Virus record (IMG/VR): IMGVR_UViG_3300033076_000875
Location: 1-45,901 of that record
DNA from: a virus
Taxonomy: Duplodnaviria > Caudoviricetes
DNA: 45,901 bases
Reading direction: 5' to 3' (one strand)
This document shows, piece after piece, positions 37,894-44,698 of this stretch. The stretch's first letter is position 1. Each line of letters opens with the position of its first letter. Under the pieces are notes generated by a model that was not told the DNA's origin, did no database searches, and worked only from the letters and a program-made list of their open reading frames with translations. The translations under genes were made by a program, and so were the position numbers.

Positions 37894-39153
37894 CTTGAGG
37901 GTCGGCTTCCGTGCGGACACCGCCTGTTGCAACGGGCTTTCCCCCACGTCCACGGAAGAAGGTGCGGAGGATGCGGGTTCGGGCACGCCCTTGACCCCGA
38001 CCCACCCGACCTTCGGGGATGCGGACTGCATGTAGCGGTCGTAGAGGCGCGACCCGTGCGAGGTGTCCGCGGACTGTCGGCGGGGCGTGAACGTCGAGTT
38101 GAGGTTGAGTTCGCGCAGTTGATTGGGGGTGTACCCGACAAGCGGAGACGCAGGTGTCGCGTCGGGAAACCGCTGTGCGTCTTCTTGGGCAAGAGCGAGT
38201 GCGGTGTCGAGGGCTTCCTGTCGGCGGGAACGCTCCGTCTCGACACGGCTGCGTATGCCCTCCTTGTACCGCTCGACCACCTTGTCGTGGTAGTCCTTCT
38301 CGCCCTTGGCGGCGCGCTCCATCTCGTCCATGAGGTCGCCCGCGCTGCGTGCGGCCATGACACGGGGGACTTCAAAGGTTTCACCGTCAAGGGTGACGGT
38401 AAGCGCGGTGTGTTCGACGGACTGCGACCCCGAAAGGATGCGCGTGACGGTTTCTTCAATGACGCCGTTGCGGCGATCTTGCTCCCGCTGCTTGATCTTC
38501 TTCTCCTCGTTGAGGAGGTGCTTGCCACCCTTGCTCGACATGGAGGACACATACATGCGCGTGTGTTCCCATTGGGCGAAGTCAGCCTGTCGCGTGTCCT
38601 CCGCAATGTTGAACGACCTCCACACACGGTAGATGGGGTTCAGAACAGGCTTGCCCTCGTTGCCCACGAGGCTGCGCCACAAAGAGCGGGAGTACGGCTC
38701 GTAGCAGTACGCCTCCACAAGAGCGAGGGCACGGGTCAACCGCCGCCCCAATCCGTCAATGACCGAGTAGAGGGCCGACACGAATGGCGTGGGGAGAGGC
38801 TCGTACAGCCCCTTGTAGAGGACGTACTCTGCGTTGCCGTCGAGCAAGGGCACAGACAGGTAGTTCACGGCATGTGTGCAAGCCGCAAGGACGACCCGCT
38901 TCCACTCGCTCATGTAGAGGGACTTGTGGAGGCGTTGTCGGAGAGCCGCCCCCGTGTCGTCCGTCATGCTGCGAAAAGTGACGGGCACCCCCCGTACAAC
39001 GACGGTGTGTGTGAGAAACCCTTGCGAAATCAGCGTCTCTACGTCAGCGTAGAGGAACCGACGACGATACGACTCACGAGCGAGTTCGTCCTCGTAGAAC
39101 CGTCGCAGTTCATCGTTGCGCTCGGAGTTGTCTTCGTCGTCGGGTTCTGCCAC
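37888..39153 (-). CDS. Putative tail assembly chaperone (positional call)
   Basis: 421 aa, immediately upstream of tape measure; V.FRS motif; charged and helical. Confidence 0.5.
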   Translation of the reverse strand: MAEPDDEDNSERNDELRRFYEDELARESYRRRFLYADVETLISQGFLTHTVVVRGVPVTFRSMTDDTGAALRQRLHKSLYMSEWKRVVLAACTHAVNYLSVPLLDGNAEYVLYKGLYEPLPTPFVSALYSVIDGLGRRLTRALALVEAYCYEPYSRSLWRSLVGNEGKPVLNPIYRVWRSFNIAEDTRQADFAQWEHTRMYVSSMSSKGGKHLLNEEKKIKQREQDRRNGVIEETVTRILSGSQSVEHTALTVTLDGETFEVPRVMAARSAGDLMDEMERAAKGEKDYHDKVVERYKEGIRSRVETERSRRQEALDTALALAQEDAQRFPDATPASPLVGYTPNQLRELNLNSTFTPRRQSADTSHGSRLYDRYMQSASPKVGWVGVKGVPEPASSAPSSVDVGESPLQQAVSARKPTLKP

Positions 39154-39193
39154 GCACGCCTACCCCGTTACACTTTGTGAAGGGAACTGTGGG

Positions 39194-40378
39194 TCACCGC
39201 TTCGGGGGACGAAAGTTCGGGTTCCGCGTGTCCGCAGGGGCAGGGTTCACGCCCCCACCTCCCGTCACCTGCGTAGAGGGTGTGGCCTTGCGCCCGCGCT
39301 CGGAGATAGTCTCCGTGGGCAAGCGGTACGCCTCCATGCCCTGCACGGTGCCAACGGACTGTGCTTGGGAAAGAGCGTCCTTCACGGGGGCCGAAGGAGC
39401 ACCACGAGACTGCGCGGACTTCTGCCGTGCAAGGAGAATGCGCTCCTCCTCTGCTGCAAGCGCATCGAGGTCGTCCCCACCGAACGACGACGGAGAGGAC
39501 ACCGCTTCTTCAAATGCAGAGCGGGTAGGAGGCTCGGGAGGTAGGCTGTACTTGACAGGCGCGGGTTCGGGCGTCGGAGGAGGCACAGTCGGGGGCAGAA
39601 CCGACTGCCGAGGAGCAGCCTGTCGGGGCTGTGCAGGTTGGCTCGGTGCGGGCTTGGCTTGGTTTTGCAGGAGTTGCTGCTGCACTTCGCGAGCCGAGGG
39701 CAACGACGCGGCTTGCTTGGCACCTTCTTCCAAGTTGTTGCCGAAGCCGACGAAGTTCTCGATCTGCTCTGCGGTGATGCTCGGGTCACCGCTTGCCCGC
39801 TTGGCCCGCTCGGACTGAACCTCTGCGAGGCGGGCCTCCAATCGCTCAATCTCGGCGTCGAGGTCAGCAGGGTCGCCGTCTATGACTGCGCCTGCCTCCT
39901 TGTTGAGCCTGTCCATGAGTTCCCCGTACTTGGAGAACACGAGGGAAATCATGGGCCGCGACCACGTCTCCACGAGGGGGCGAAGTGCCGCGGGCTTCGC
40001 CACCTTCACGGGGTTCCCGTTCGGGAGCGTCTCACCCGTGGCGACGAACTCGACACCACGAAGGTCAAGCGCGCCCACTTGCACGAGTGAGTGGGCAATG
40101 ACCTCGACACGGAAGCGGTCGAAGTAGTCGAGAGCCGAAGCGCGAGTCATGGAGTCCGTCTCTGCGGTGTCCTCACCCTCGGTTTGCTCACGCAGACTTT
40201 CTTCAAAGCGACGGTTCTGCTCGACCACGACCGCCGCCGCACGCTGCACGAGCACCTCCTCCTTGGGGAGGAGGGGGCGCATGGCAACGAGGGTGCCAAA
40301 GGCATCGAACTCTATCTCGTCCTTGCCAACCTCGGTGAGAGGCTGCATGGCTTCGCGGAGAAGGTCGAGGCTAATCAT
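39194..40378 (-). CDS. Putative tail assembly chaperone with Pro/Gln-rich disordered C-terminus
   Basis: Probable start ATG 40378 (MISLDLL...); V.MRPL...EE motif and W.R......F.KY.EL helix resemble chaperones; between tube and tape measure. Confidence 0.55.
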   Translation of the reverse strand: MISLDLLREAMQPLTEVGKDEIEFDAFGTLVAMRPLLPKEEVLVQRAAAVVVEQNRRFEESLREQTEGEDTAETDSMTRASALDYFDRFRVEVIAHSLVQVGALDLRGVEFVATGETLPNGNPVKVAKPAALRPLVETWSRPMISLVFSKYGELMDRLNKEAGAVIDGDPADLDAEIERLEARLAEVQSERAKRASGDPSITAEQIENFVGFGNNLEEGAKQAASLPSAREVQQQLLQNQAKPAPSQPAQPRQAAPRQSVLPPTVPPPTPEPAPVKYSLPPEPPTRSAFEEAVSSPSSFGGDDLDALAAEEERILLARQKSAQSRGAPSAPVKDALSQAQSVGTVQGMEAYRLPTETISERGRKATPSTQVTGGGGVNPAPADTRNPNFRPPKR

Positions 40379-40399
40379 GGTGCATGGCCCTTGAACGAG

Positions 40400-40437
40400 T
40401 GAGGGGGCGATGCCCCTTGCAGGACACCGCCCCCTCA
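40400..40437 (-). other. Stable RNA stem-loop with GCAA (GNRA) loop upstream of the chaperone gene
   Basis: TGAGGGGGCG-G-TGTCCT-GCAA-GGGGCA-T-CGCCCCCTCA on the minus strand. Confidence 0.65.
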
Positions 40438-40466
40438 TACTACCGACGAAGGACTACGACCTTTGC

Positions 40467-40544
40467 CTACTCGTAGTAGTGCTTCTCGGAGAGCCGAATG
40501 ACGTAAAGACCGCCGCCGCTCGGCGGGGTAGGGTGGGGCAGCAT
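40467..40544 (-). pseudogene. Truncated GIY-YIG endonuclease-like remnant (25 aa)
   Basis: AGAGG RBS, then MLPHPTPPSGGGLYVIRLSEKHYYE*; GLYVI...YY resembles the GIY-x(10)-YIG hairpin, stopping where the final Gly is expected. Confidence 0.5.
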
Positions 40545-40625
40545 TGACGCCTCTGTGTGTGAGAGGTGTTGGTGTTAGGGGCGAGTGGCCGTTGGCGCGG
40601 CTGCTCGCCCCACTTCTTTTAGCCG

Positions 40626-41393
40626 TTAGGCTCCGAAACCGCCACGGGAGAGCGAAGTACCGAACCGAATAGAGCCGGTTTGACCAATCGAAGCGTCATT
40701 TCCGGTAGCAAGGAACTCCCCGTAAACACTACTGAAATCGTGAACGTCCGTGATGATCATGGTGCCGTTCTCGCTCAACATGGCCGAGTCACGGGAGAAC
40801 GCCGTGTTCCAATCCTGCCACCAACACGTTTCGTACATGGTGATGAGAACGGTGTGGGAACCCGTGCCGTCCGAGCCACCGCCTGCCGTGGCAGCGGGGT
40901 AGCCGACCGACTGAATGCCACCCGTGAACCCGCTGCCCGAGAACGTCCCAGGCGCAGCCGAGTCAAGGTCAGCGTCCGCGATGCGGGAGAACACGATCTG
41001 CTGCTCCACGTCGAACGGCCAACGGTGGTGGCGCAGAGAGCGCACAGGGCCGTCCACACCTGCCGCGTAGCCCGTGGACTGCCACAGGTTCGACAGGTAG
41101 AGAAGCGTGCGCTCGACCGAAGCCGTCATGGCTTCCGTGTTGCCTGGCACGAGTTCTGCGATGGTGTCCCCGAAGCCAATGCCGCGCAACTGATCGACCG
41201 TGCGGTTCTCGGTCGGGCCGAAGTTCGCCATGACGCCAATCTGAAACAGTTCCGCAGAGGAGGAGCCGTAAGCAGGGGCGAGGACACGCACCTTCTGCGA
41301 CACCACGGCCCGCGTGTTCGGGGACGTGCCGATCTTGTAGATATAGGACGACCCCTGCAAGCCGTTCTGCGGGTTCCGGTCGGTATTCGCCAT
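40626..41393 (-). CDS. Tail tube protein (gp19-like fold)
   Basis: IGV...F...E.R.V...RGIG.....ELVPG......SVER..LY, PFD..Q and T.YE.CW motifs; heads the chaperone-tape measure series; GGAG RBS. Confidence 0.75.
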   Translation of the reverse strand: MANTDRNPQNGLQGSSYIYKIGTSPNTRAVVSQKVRVLAPAYGSSSAELFQIGVMANFGPTENRTVDQLRGIGFGDTIAELVPGNTEAMTASVERTLLYLSNLWQSTGYAAGVDGPVRSLRHHRWPFDVEQQIVFSRIADADLDSAAPGTFSGSGFTGGIQSVGYPAATAGGGSDGTGSHTVLITMYETCWWQDWNTAFSRDSAMLSENGTMIITDVHDFSSVYGEFLATGNDASIGQTGSIRFGTSLSRGGFGA

Positions 41394-41432
41394 GAGGCTG
41401 CTCCGTAGTGAGGTGCTACCCTTCTGCGGTGC

Positions 41433-41447
41433 ATAGGCGGGCTAACG
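41433..41447 (-). promoter_or_regulatory. Candidate late promoter motif
   Basis: CGTTA-GCCCGC-CTAT about 39 nt upstream of the tube ATG; the region must hold a promoter because the flanking genes diverge. Confidence 0.4.
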
Positions 41448-41461
41448 AAAGAGTGAGCCGA

Positions 41462-41493
41462 GGGGGTTTCGCTACGCGGGGGTCGTCCGTACT
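41462..41493 (+). promoter_or_regulatory. Bipartite promoter-like motif, copy 6
   Basis: GGGGGTTTCG-CTACGCGGGGGTCGTC-CGTACT. Confidence 0.85.
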
Positions 41494-41519
41494 CCAAGTA
41501 CCACCCTGCGAGGTACTCG

Positions 41520-41816
41520 ATGTCTTGGGATGTTCGCGTTTCGGAAACCACCATCAACACCACGTTCAACCACCGCGCCATTTTCGATGCGGTGCTTGGA
41601 ACCGATGCCGGGTTGCGTGACCTTCACGGTCTGCGCGGTGCTGCGGTGAGCCGCCTCATTCGCCGCTCCTTCGTGGAGTGGGCGGGTCGGGAAACCGAAC
41701 TCGCCCCCCTCGCCCCGACGAACGGTTGGGGTTCCGTCGCAGGGGCGTTCGCGTTCCTGCGGGAGTTGCTCGTCTTGTGCGAAGCCCACCCGCGAGCGTC
41801 CGTCGTGGTGTTCTGA
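41520..41816 (+). CDS. Hypothetical accessory protein (98 aa)
   Basis: GAGGT RBS; MSWDV...N.T.N...L.G......P.NGWGS...A..FL..L...C..HP pattern seen in phage hypotheticals. Confidence 0.8.
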   Translation: MSWDVRVSETTINTTFNHRAIFDAVLGTDAGLRDLHGLRGAAVSRLIRRSFVEWAGRETELAPLAPTNGWGSVAGAFAFLRELLVLCEAHPRASVVVF

Positions 41817-41822
41817 CTTCCC

Positions 41823-41857
41823 GCCCCTGCCCCCAACTTTTGTGGGGCAGGGGCTTT
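41823..41857 (+). terminator. Terminator-like hairpin whose 3' arm and T-run form the upstream box of motif copy 7
   Basis: GCCCCTGCCCC-(10 nt)-GGGGCAGGGGC-TTT, 6 nt after the stop of 41520-41816. Confidence 0.65.
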
Positions 41858-41881
41858 CGCGCCCCCACCCTCGGACGTACT
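41850..41881 (+). promoter_or_regulatory. Bipartite promoter-like motif, copy 7 (predicts a leaderless transcript)
   Basis: GGGGCTTTCG-CGCCCCCACCCTCGGA-CGTACT, then 6 nt and ATG with no RBS. Confidence 0.85.
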
Positions 41882-41887
41882 ACCCCC

Positions 41888-42184
41888 ATGAACACCAACA
41901 CCACCCGCTCCCCCGCCTCCCCCATCGTCGCCACCATCATTGACCCCACGGGGACGGTGGTGGAGGCCACCCCCGCCCACGCCAACGGCAAGTGGGCGTT
42001 CAGCGACTTTCAGAGCCTCGTCGGGGGGTACGTCGAGGTCGTGCGCCTCGACCGCACCAAGGTCGCCCTCGTGAACGAGGATGGCCTCTCCCTCGGCCTC
42101 CCGCCGAACCCCGCCGCGAGCGCGGTGCTTGGCATCCCCGTCGTGGGAACGGTCGTGGTCGTCTCGGCCAAGGCCATTCGCTAA
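41888..42184 (+). CDS. DUF3846-like protein
   Basis: Start ATG 41888; Q.LVGGYVE.V.......VNEDG...GLP.N..A.......VG.VVV signature; 98 aa. Confidence 0.85.
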   Translation: MNTNTTRSPASPIVATIIDPTGTVVEATPAHANGKWAFSDFQSLVGGYVEVVRLDRTKVALVNEDGLSLGLPPNPAASAVLGIPVVGTVVVVSAKAIR

Positions 42185-42192
42185 AAAGCCCA

Positions 42193-42233
42193 CCTGTAGG
42201 TGTCCGCTCCGACAAGGGGCGGGCGTCTACAGG
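42193..42233 (+). other. 18-bp RNA hairpin (4 G-U pairs) with GACAA loop
   Basis: CCTGTAGGTGTCCGCTCC-GACAA-GGGGCGGGCGTCTACAGG, after the DUF3846 stop. Confidence 0.75.
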
Positions 42234-42258
42234 GGGCGAGCACAGAAACTTCACCTCG

Positions 42259-42290
42259 GGGGCTTTCGCCCCCACCCCCTCGTCCGTACT
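42259..42290 (+). promoter_or_regulatory. Bipartite promoter-like motif, copy 8
   Basis: GGGGCTTTCG-CCCCCACCCCCTCGTC-CGTACT. Confidence 0.85.
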
Positions 42291-42326
42291 CCACCCACAC
42301 CCACTACCCTGCGAGGTACTCACATC

Positions 42327-43232
42327 ATGTCCTTCCGCGTTCTCCACTCCACCTCCCCCGCGCTCCTCCGCAGCGCGGCCCCGCACCTCACCGTCGAGGC
42401 CGAGTACGGCAGCGACGTGGTGGAAGGCTCCGTATTTACGGCGGCGCACCATCAGCCCTCGGGCAAGTACGCGGGCGACCACCTCGTCGCGGGCGGGCGT
42501 CCCGCCCCCTGCAACGATGCGGAAATCCCGACGTTCGACCCGACGACGGGAGAGTGGGTGGTGGGCATCAGCCACCTCGACCTCGACACCATTGGCGGGG
42601 TGCTCCGCGCCCTGCCCACCGCCGAAGCCCTGTTCGGTTCCGAGAACGACGGGTTTTGGAACCTCGCCGCCTTCGTGGACACGAGCGGCGCACACAAGGT
42701 TCACCTGTCGGGCGCGAGCACCGCTGACATTGACCGCCTGTACGGGTGGTGGGCGTACTTCAAGACGCTCCCGCGCCTCGGGTTCAACACGCTCAACGAC
42801 GCCACGGACGTGGTGCTCGGGTGCGAGCCTGTCCTGCGCGAACTGCTCGCAGGCAACGAGGAGCGTATCGAGGCGGGACGCACGTTCCGCGCTGCCGAGG
42901 ACGCGCTCAATGCGGCGTCCTTCGTGGGGCACCATGCAAGCGGCGTGCTGCTTCGCAAGTCCCCGACGCAGGGTGACTTCGTGAACCACCTCTACACCGC
43001 TCCGAACGGCTCCGTGGCTCGCGCCGTCGTGGCGTTCAACCCCGAAGCGGGCAGCATCACCGTGAGCCTTGAGTCCCCCGTCGCGGGCGTCTCCTGTCGG
43101 GACATCGTGCAGGGGCTTTGGGGGCCGCTCGCGGGGGGTCACGCGGGCATTGCGGGTTCACCCCGTGGTACGGTCATGACCGAGGAGCAGTTCATGGACT
43201 GTGTGCTCGCTCTTGAGGCTGCGCTTGGCTAA
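42327..43232 (+). CDS. DHH/DHHA1-like phosphoesterase-related protein
   Basis: Start ATG 42327 (301 aa); TAAHH, SHLDLD, FVD..G and C-terminal AGGHAGIAGSPR (DHHA1-type GGH..AG). Confidence 0.6.
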   Translation: MSFRVLHSTSPALLRSAAPHLTVEAEYGSDVVEGSVFTAAHHQPSGKYAGDHLVAGGRPAPCNDAEIPTFDPTTGEWVVGISHLDLDTIGGVLRALPTAEALFGSENDGFWNLAAFVDTSGAHKVHLSGASTADIDRLYGWWAYFKTLPRLGFNTLNDATDVVLGCEPVLRELLAGNEERIEAGRTFRAAEDALNAASFVGHHASGVLLRKSPTQGDFVNHLYTAPNGSVARAVVAFNPEAGSITVSLESPVAGVSCRDIVQGLWGPLAGGHAGIAGSPRGTVMTEEQFMDCVLALEAALG

Positions 43233-43458
43233 AGTCACAAAGCGCAGCACCCTGTTCGTGAAGGACGGCGAGGGGCGGTACTACCTCCCCCGTCCGACTT
43301 CATGGATGGGCGGGTGGGCACGGCACCTGTGGTTTGAGCACCACGTCGGGAAGGCGACCATTGCCTCTCCCGACGTATGGGCGGCTCTCGTGAAGGAGGG
43401 GGGGGTGTTCGACCTCACCGAATACGAGGACGGCACGGTGCTCACGGGAAAACCGTAA
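43225..43458 (+). CDS. Hypothetical protein (about 77 aa)
   Basis: Probable TTG start at 43225 with GAGG RBS, overlapping the previous stop. Confidence 0.6.
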   Translation: MAKVTKRSTLFVKDGEGRYYLPRPTSWMGGWARHLWFEHHVGKATIASPDVWAALVKEGGVFDLTEYEDGTVLTGKP

Positions 43459-43497
43459 ACTGTGCAACGGGGCAAGCACCTGTCGTACACTACGGGC

Positions 43498-43662
43498 ATG
43501 GAAGACTACCGCATCGAAATCCCCCGCAACCTCCGCAACGCGGGCATCCTTATCGGGGTGCTCATGATGGTCGCGGGCCTGTTCCTCGCGTGGAGGAAAG
43601 TCGAGTACGGGGGGTTCTACCTCCCACCCACGGGCTACAAGGGGGGAGACAAGAAGCCGTAG
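43498..43662 (+). CDS. Small single-pass membrane protein (54 aa)
   Basis: AGILIGVLMMVAGLFLAW hydrophobic span; TACACT (sigma70-like -10) 6 nt before the ATG suggests a leaderless mRNA. Confidence 0.6.
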   Translation: MEDYRIEIPRNLRNAGILIGVLMMVAGLFLAWRKVEYGGFYLPPTGYKGGDKKP

Positions 43663-43676
43663 GCGTGAACAATACC

Positions 43677-43703
43677 CATGCCATTCCGTGACGGAATGGC
43701 ATG
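43677..43703. repeat. Perfect 13-bp inverted repeat covering the start of the HNH pseudogene
   Basis: CATGCCATTCCGT-G-ACGGAATGGCATG. Confidence 0.85.
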
Positions 43704-43977
43704 AAGCCCACCGAACACGAACTTCGCTCCCTGTACGAGCGCATGACAGACGCGGCATTAGCCACACACTTCTCTACCTCCGAGGCGACAGTTCGGCCTT
43801 GGCAACGAGTGGAACGGCAAGCCGTTGACCTTGCAGGTAGACCATGTGGACGGAGACAGGACAAACAACGCCCTGTCTAACCTGCGTCTACTCTGCCCGA
43901 ACTGCCACACGCAGACGGACACCTTCGCGGGGCGTAACAAGGGTCGGTGGTCTATGGGGGTGGCTAACGCCACATGA
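43701..43977 (+). pseudogene. HNH homing endonuclease pseudogene (HTH start joined out of frame to the HNH C-terminus)
   Basis: Frame A: MKPTEHELRSLYERMTDAALATHFSTSEATVR (HTH-like). From 43795 frame B: GLGNEWNGKPLTLQVDHVDGDRTNNALSNLRLLCPNCHTQTDTFAGRNKG...*. Confidence 0.85.
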
Positions 43978-43998
43978 CGCGGGTAGAGTATGTCGTGA

Positions 43999-44086
43999 GC
44001 GGGCGTGTCCGAACAGGTATAGGAGAACGGCTCAAAATCGTTTGAGGTAGCCCCTCGTGTGGGTTCGACTCCCACCGCCCGCACCA
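43999..44086 (+). tRNA. tRNA-Leu (anticodon CAA), CCA encoded
   Basis: Acceptor GCGGGCG/CGCCCGC plus ACCA; anticodon arm AACGG-CTCAAAA-TCGTT; long variable arm; T arm GTGGG-TTCGACT-CCCAC. Confidence 0.95.
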
Positions 44087-44100
44087 CATACTGAATGACG

Positions 44101-44137
44101 AAGCCCTCCTCGCCCCTTGTCGGAGCAGGAGGGCTTT
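44101..44137. terminator. Probable bidirectional terminator between the tRNA and the convergent gene
   Basis: AAGCCCTCCT...AGGAGGGCTTT stem; the inner part on the minus strand is GCTCC-GACAA-GGGGC. Confidence 0.7.
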
Positions 44138-44168
44138 CGCTTGTGGCCCGTCTACCGAACGGTAGGGG

Positions 44169-44615
44169 TCAAGGGGTCGGAATGTGGAAGTAGTACCACG
44201 CAGCCCACGCGATAGCAGCGGTAATGAGCATCCCGATAGGCTGCTTGAACATTTCCCATACTTCGTGGACAACGGTGCGTTTGAACTGCGCGTTGTGTGC
44301 TTGCACCTCAAGGGAGCGTTCCTCGACCTTGCGCCGCCACTCTTTGTCCTCGCGCTCCATGTCCATGCGGTGTTGGTTCACAATCTTGCGTTGATCGAGG
44401 TCTTCCCGAAGAAGGGCATTCGTCGTCTTCGCCTCGGTAACGAGCGTAGACAGGTGGCGGTTGGTCGCCTTCATTTGCTCCTCCAACCGCTCGATGCGTG
44501 CCTCCAACGAGGACACTTGCTCCTTCACTTCTTCGACCCGCGTATGCAGGAACTCGGTCTTGCGACGAACTTCGTCTACTGCGGCGTAGAGTCCGTCGTG
44601 GTGCGGGTCGGCCAT
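44169..44615 (-). CDS. Coiled-coil protein with C-terminal membrane anchor (holin/XhlA-like architecture, unproven)
   Basis: Heptad-rich N-part; PIGMLITAAIAWAAWYYF transmembrane span; GGAG RBS. Confidence 0.65.
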   Translation of the reverse strand: MADPHHDGLYAAVDEVRRKTEFLHTRVEEVKEQVSSLEARIERLEEQMKATNRHLSTLVTEAKTTNALLREDLDQRKIVNQHRMDMEREDKEWRRKVEERSLEVQAHNAQFKRTVVHEVWEMFKQPIGMLITAAIAWAAWYYFHIPTP

Positions 44616-44655
44616 AAGCGTGTCTCCGAGGGGGCGAGGTTGCCCTCCGTGTCGG

Positions 44656-44670
44656 ATAGAACGGATAGCG
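44656..44670 (-). promoter_or_regulatory. Candidate late promoter motif
   Basis: CGCTA-TCCGTT-CTAT about 40 nt upstream of ATG 44615. Confidence 0.35.
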
Positions 44671-44698
44671 TGCTGCTACCTTGCTTGTAGGGGGGTGC

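Noticed and set aside
39100-39260. Programmed frameshift joining the two chaperone genes (lambda G/GT style)
   Set aside because: The genes are separated by 40 nt and I found no X XXY YYZ slippery heptamer near the first stop
4836-41393. Bacterial eCIS, tailocin or T6SS locus
   Set aside because: No Afp15-like ATPase or Tss membrane/ClpV genes; context has a phage-type RNA ligase, DenV-like gene, homing-endonuclease relics, a tRNA and dense small ORFs, with no host housekeeping genes
43484-43491. CGTAC at 43484 as a ninth copy of the bipartite motif
   Set aside because: The upstream GGGGSTTTCG box is absent; the site fits a sigma70-like TACACT -10 better
43999-44086. tRNA as a prophage attachment site
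   Set aside because: No integrase and no duplicated tRNA 3' end seen; phage-like genes continue on both sides
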